The notes beneath the pieces are model-generated. The model made no database searches. It was not told the origin of the DNA and worked only from the letters and a program-made list of their open reading frames with translations. 61,182 nt of DNA from a virus (taxonomy: Duplodnaviria > Caudoviricetes). The DNA is taken from positions 1 to 61,182 of IMG/VR virus record IMGVR_UViG_3300030389_003077. The stretch is one strand, 5' to 3'. This document shows, piece after piece, positions 57,250 through 61,182 of this stretch. How positions within the stretch are numbered: the stretch's first letter is position 1; each line of letters begins with the position of its first letter. A program made the position numbers and the translations under genes.

Positions 57250-57975
57250 TTAACTATCTGCTTTTAGTTCACTAGCCTGTGCATATTGAACAACATCAGC
57301 CTCTCTAATGCTAACACCTAAATATTCTAATATTTTAATAACTAACTCACCATGAACTCGTGATGAAATTTGAAAACTTGTAGAGTTAGCAGCATCATGA
57401 ACAGGTTTTCCTGCTATTGTAACGTAGTTCCAATTTGGTGTATTTTCGTACAAATAATAATAAACATTAATTGTTTTTATATTCTCAGGGAAGATACTTA
57501 AAACTTTTCTTGAATCACTTGCAGGTCCAATTAAAGCTACAGGGTATTCCATAGATGGCTTTACTAGACTGCTTCTAAGAATTTGATTTATATCTTTTGG
57601 CTCTATAATATCTATAGGTACATTAGTACTAATACTATGCTCCTCATCTATAGATGTAAATATAGATTCTATGTAATCAGCATTTATAACCGCAGTGCCT
57701 CCAACATTAGGACTATCACTATTTGTAATATTAGCTACTCCATTTTTTAAAAACGCAGCTATATCTTGTCTTGCTAACTCTGGAGATAAGCTCTCTCCAT
57801 ATATTCCTTGAGACCTTCTTGTAGGGGTTTTTTCCTTTACTATAGATAGTCTTTTATTGTATAATTCTAACTCAGCTTGCTTTGATAATAAGTTAAACTC
57901 AGATGGCGTTATAAAACCTCTCTGGTCTTTACTAGCAAAGGTTTGCACTAATCTATATACTTCATCAATCGTCAT
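57250..57975 (-). CDS. Tail ring/head-tail adaptor protein
   Basis: KDQRGFITPSEFN, PNWNY, KILEYLGVSIRE motifs. Confidence 0.65.
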   Translation of the reverse strand: MTIDEVYRLVQTFASKDQRGFITPSEFNLLSKQAELELYNKRLSIVKEKTPTRRSQGIYGESLSPELARQDIAAFLKNGVANITNSDSPNVGGTAVINADYIESIFTSIDEEHSISTNVPIDIIEPKDINQILRSSLVKPSMEYPVALIGPASDSRKVLSIFPENIKTINVYYYLYENTPNWNYVTIAGKPVHDAANSTSFQISSRVHGELVIKILEYLGVSIREADVVQYAQASELKADS

Positions 57976-57997
57976 TGTTGTATTATTTATTCCCTAG

Positions 57998-58005
57998 CAA
58001 AAGTA
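57998..58005 (-). promoter_or_regulatory. -7 element TACTTTTG
   Basis: TAnnTTTG between terminator and tail operon start. Confidence 0.65.
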
Positions 58006-58024
58006 CAAAATAAATCCGTATATC

Positions 58025-58053
58025 AAAAAAAAGGGAGACCCTTAAGTCTCCCT
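58025..58053 (-). terminator. Intrinsic terminator
   Basis: Minus strand GGGAGAC-TTAAGG-GTCTCCC-T8. Confidence 0.85.
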
Positions 58054-58076
58054 CTTACATATATAGCATTAATGTA

Positions 58077-58955
58077 TTATCCATTAATCGCCTGCAGTCG
58101 TCTTTCTATCTCAGCGTACACTTGCTCTCCTTCACCTTGAGAGCAGTAATCTACCATCTTATCTAAAGGCTTTATACCAACTGGTGGTATACATATTGTG
58201 TTACCTGATGCAGACCATGTAACGCTTTTACCTTTCATAGATATAATTCCAGACTCTTCAGCCATTAGTAATACTTGCTTCATCTCTGTTCTAGGATCGT
58301 TCATGCCAGCTAAGAAACCTTTAGGGTTCTTCTCTGCTTGTATTTTCATATCCCAACGAACCTCATCAACACTTCTATCAATCTTTATACCTAATACCTT
58401 AGCATACCCCATAAGCTCATTTACAGGCATTTTAAGAGCACTTTGTACTGCTTCCATAGTATTACCTACTTCTTCTATTTTTTGCTGTGCAGACTTCTCA
58501 TCATCTTTAACAGTAAATATAATAGACTTAGACTTTATCCTATGTGGATTACTACCATTAGCGTTACACAAGCTCAAATACTTTTTTAGAGTAGGATTAG
58601 TATGATTAACAAAAAGATAACCATTATTAAAAGCAATAGGCTCTCTCATTTTTGCGTTCTCAGATTGCTCGTCAGCAAATATAGATGTCTCTCCAGGAAT
58701 GTATCTAATTTTTTTGTTTTCACCTGTCTCAGGATCAAATATAATATCCTCAGCTTTAATTAAAGAAACTATAGGATACTGTGGCATACCATTTTTCTTT
58801 TTAGATCTAACTACAAGTTGGTATACTGTTGGTTTAAAGTTGTTTTGTTTATTTGAAAAGTTCGGAACAAACTTTTTCTCTACTACGGGAGCTTTAGCTT
58901 CGACCTTAGTATTCGTAGGAGGCGTAACAGCCTTACGAGTTTTTGTTGGTGTCAT
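58077..58955 (-). CDS. Conserved phage protein downstream of capsid genes
   Basis: 292 aa; IRY..GETSIFADEQ, IAFNNGYLFV motifs; function unknown. Confidence 0.65.
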   Translation of the reverse strand: MTPTKTRKAVTPPTNTKVEAKAPVVEKKFVPNFSNKQNNFKPTVYQLVVRSKKKNGMPQYPIVSLIKAEDIIFDPETGENKKIRYIPGETSIFADEQSENAKMREPIAFNNGYLFVNHTNPTLKKYLSLCNANGSNPHRIKSKSIIFTVKDDEKSAQQKIEEVGNTMEAVQSALKMPVNELMGYAKVLGIKIDRSVDEVRWDMKIQAEKNPKGFLAGMNDPRTEMKQVLLMAEESGIISMKGKSVTWSASGNTICIPPVGIKPLDKMVDYCSQGEGEQVYAEIERRLQAING

Positions 58956-58990
58956 AATAATTATTTTCTAAAATTAAATTAAAGTTTTAT

Positions 58991-59013
58991 AAAGGAGGGG
59001 ATTGCTCCCCTCC
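58991..59013 (-). terminator. GNRA-capped hairpin/weak terminator after capsid genes
   Basis: Minus strand GGAGGGGA-GCAA-TCCCCTCC-TTTAT. Confidence 0.7.
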
Positions 59014-59040
59014 AATAATATAATCAACTTCTATTATCTA

Positions 59041-59493
59041 TTAAGAGTCAGAAGCTGTTGTTATTGTAGTAACGTGTCGTCTAACTTGTGCTGCAGTTAC
59101 ATTATCAACAGGTTGAGAGTAACCACTAGTTACAAAATCAAATTTTATAACTGGTCCAGCAGAAACTGAGTTCATAGCAGCCCAAAGGTCTTCTATAACT
59201 GCAGCTTCTTTTCCAGAAGTACAAGTAAGTCTAACAAAAGCTTGTTCTACACCTTCACCTGCAGTACCTGCAGAAGTAGTACCAAAAATAGAACCAGCCT
59301 CATATTTTGTTCCACCTTGAAAGTAGATATAAATTAATCCACTACCATTGTTTTCTGCTGCGATTGAACTAATGTTTTTAGCAGGAAATGCTGCCAAATC
59401 TAAATTAGCTCCATTATCAGCATTAGCAACAGAGTCTGAATCTACTGCAGAAACGTGAAACATTAACAATTTATCTCCAAAAATTTGTGCCAT
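59041..59493 (-). CDS. Putative auxiliary capsid/decoration protein
   Basis: 150 aa, immediately after the major capsid gene. Confidence 0.5.
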   Translation of the reverse strand: MAQIFGDKLLMFHVSAVDSDSVANADNGANLDLAAFPAKNISSIAAENNGSGLIYIYFQGGTKYEAGSIFGTTSAGTAGEGVEQAFVRLTCTSGKEAAVIEDLWAAMNSVSAGPVIKFDFVTSGYSQPVDNVTAAQVRRHVTTITTASDS

Positions 59494-59519
59494 TTTCTTA
59501 TGTTTTTAAATATTAATAA

Positions 59520-60944
59520 TTATGATTTTTTGAACAATAAGAAACGGTTAGGAGCAAATCCTTCAAAACCACGTTCAGTACGGTAGTGAGATCGCAACTC
59601 GTCTTTCTCGTTAGTTCTATTTTGTAGAACTGCAGATCCAGTTAACCAGTGCTCCATCTCACGAGAGTAACCATTCGCAGCTTTGTATCGCATACGTAAA
59701 GAAGGAATACTTTCTCCTGATCGTGGGTCTCTTTGATTATCCATAGGGATACACATACCGAAACCATTGAATTTAAATCCATCGCCACCTAACAAATCAG
59801 GACGGTTAAATAGGTCATAAGTTTTCTTGTGGAAAGTGTAACCACCACGAGAGAACGAGTTGAAACCTAAGTTCAACGCCATGTCTTTGCTGTTAGCAAA
59901 AGTACCATAGTTAGCACCACCAGCAGCGTAAGCTCCTTGTGCAGCTAACAAGTCGTCAATATCTAAAGATAAGTTAATACCAGCGTAAAGAGCCATCTCT
60001 TTAGCACCTCTAAATTTATCTAAAGATTTTACAGCAGCATCAAAGTCAGCCATTGTAATTGCAGAAGAACCAAGGTCCATAGTTTGACCTTTGTTTTCCA
60101 TAAATTTCAATAAACCTTCTGTTGTTTTAATTCCTGTAACTGCTGAAGAACCATCTGTGTCAGTATCAGCACTAGATAGAGTGCCATCACCAGATTCACC
60201 TACAATCATTGCAAGCTCACAGTAATCCATAAATCTTTGGTAAGTATCAGCTTCACCTTGCAAGTACCATAAGTATCCAGAACCAAACTCTTGGTTGTTT
60301 ACTTTTACATAGATAGCATTAGTTGCCTCAGAGCCTGAAACAGAAAAAGATTCTTTAATAATCTGACATTGGTTAGAGTACTGAATTACACGTGGTGTAA
60401 TACCCTCACCTGGCTGGTCAGTTCTTTCTGCGTAAGCGTTACCTACAATAGCGTAAGCTTGATTTCCTTTTGCGTTAACAACAGCACCATTCATATCTTT
60501 TACGGTAAAGTCATTACCTGCTAATGCTGCTGTTACATATAACATAGATCCATCAGCACCTAAAATAAGATCACCATCACGAAGAGCTGAATTACCAGTG
60601 TCATCTGAAGATCCTGAATCAGTAAAAGCATTATCTACTAATAACTCATCTGAAGTTATAGTTGCAGTAAAGTGATTATGAAGAAAAGTTTCTTCATAGT
60701 GCTCAAACTTGTTAGCTGTTGTTTCTTTTTTTGTTCCTAATAATTCCATAAGACCAGTAATCCCTTGATCACCGTATCTTTTTACTAGTTGCTCGTCTAC
60801 ATCACGCTTAGTTAATAAGTTACTACCGTCAGATGCTGCTGCTAAAAGAGTAGCACTGTTTACGTAGTTTGATGTAGTTGCAACTGCCACATTTGAAGGA
60901 GTCGGGTTCATTGCTGGACTCGATCCTAAACTTACTGTTGCCAT
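59520..60944 (-). CDS. Major capsid protein
   Basis: 474 aa after scaffold; KRYGDQ, IIKESFSVSGS, TEGL, LNLGFNSFSRGGYTFHK motifs; biased codon usage. Confidence 0.85.
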   Translation of the reverse strand: MATVSLGSSPAMNPTPSNVAVATTSNYVNSATLLAAASDGSNLLTKRDVDEQLVKRYGDQGITGLMELLGTKKETTANKFEHYEETFLHNHFTATITSDELLVDNAFTDSGSSDDTGNSALRDGDLILGADGSMLYVTAALAGNDFTVKDMNGAVVNAKGNQAYAIVGNAYAERTDQPGEGITPRVIQYSNQCQIIKESFSVSGSEATNAIYVKVNNQEFGSGYLWYLQGEADTYQRFMDYCELAMIVGESGDGTLSSADTDTDGSSAVTGIKTTEGLLKFMENKGQTMDLGSSAITMADFDAAVKSLDKFRGAKEMALYAGINLSLDIDDLLAAQGAYAAGGANYGTFANSKDMALNLGFNSFSRGGYTFHKKTYDLFNRPDLLGGDGFKFNGFGMCIPMDNQRDPRSGESIPSLRMRYKAANGYSREMEHWLTGSAVLQNRTNEKDELRSHYRTERGFEGFAPNRFLLFKKS

Positions 60945-60981
60945 TTTTTTATATTTTTAAAATAATAATTAATTTTCGTTT

Positions 60982-61182
60982 TTAACCTAAAATTTGTTTT
61001 CTCAACATATCAAGAGTTGTTTGTTGCTTCTGAGGTGCATCTTGCTTGTCTTGTGCAAATGATGGGTTCTTAATCTCATTAATTACGCTTTCTGTCCCTT
61101 TGCTTCTGTACTGATTAGCGACACCTCGAACAATCTTATCTATGTTGTTCAAGATATACATATCTGTATTGAGCTTGTCAAA
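60982..61182 (-). CDS. Scaffolding protein, C-terminal part
   Basis: In frame with ATG 961 across the junction; ends ...LDMLRKQILG, stop at 60984-60982. Confidence 0.75.
   Translation of the reverse strand, partial: FDKLNTDMYILNNIDKIVRGVANQYRSKGTESVINEIKNPSFAQDKQDAPQKQQTTLDMLRKQILG
61095..61182. repeat. Terminal direct overlap (copy 2)
   Basis: Matches 1..88 with one mismatch. Confidence 0.97.

Noticed and set aside
3009-58971. Short antisense/overlapping ORFs in the track (e.g. 3009..3191, 3853..4368, 15176..15394, 16022..16321, 41545..41979, 45304..45597, 58198..58605)
   Set aside because: Shadow frames of long, motif-supported genes.
1-61182. Alternative genetic code or prophage/host flanks
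   Set aside because: Long ORFs are intact in the standard code, genes are phage-like throughout, ends overlap, and no integrase is recognisable.

Overview
Apparently complete, circularly assembled ~61.1-kb dsDNA tailed-phage genome (88-bp terminal overlap, unit length 61,094 bp). Bacteroidota-type TAnnTTTG promoters, SD-less A-rich leaders, a T9SS sorting domain and a GroES gene point to a (probably marine) Flavobacteriia host and a podovirus-like, phi38:1/crAss-related gene set. Minus strand 35.9-61.1 kb and 0-14.6 kb: capsid, scaffold, portal, terminase, ring/tail proteins, ejected proteins, lysis. Plus strand 14.7-19.4 kb: fibre/LamG genes. Plus strand 20.9-35.7 kb: early small ORFs and an ERF/RecE/SSB/DnaB recombination-replication block. 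I recognise no DNA polymerase, primase or integrase. Main observations: (1) an ~810-nt ornate, pseudoknotted non-coding RNA behind an rRNA-like promoter/boxA leader, ending in a tRNA-like domain; (2) a canonical hammerhead ribozyme and a second structured RNA in the early operon; (3) a 2441-aa polyvalent protein joining a T3-SAMase-like SAM lyase, a zincin and a CmoA-like SAM-dependent domain; (4) a four-gene envelope module (T9SS cargo, beta-barrel, membrane protein, thioredoxin-fold protein) next to the lysis genes; (5) a candidate sRNA antisense to the repeated early/replication gene leader; (6) a three-paralog array with identical DNA blocks flanking variable segments. All family assignments come from motif recognition by eye; no searches were run.
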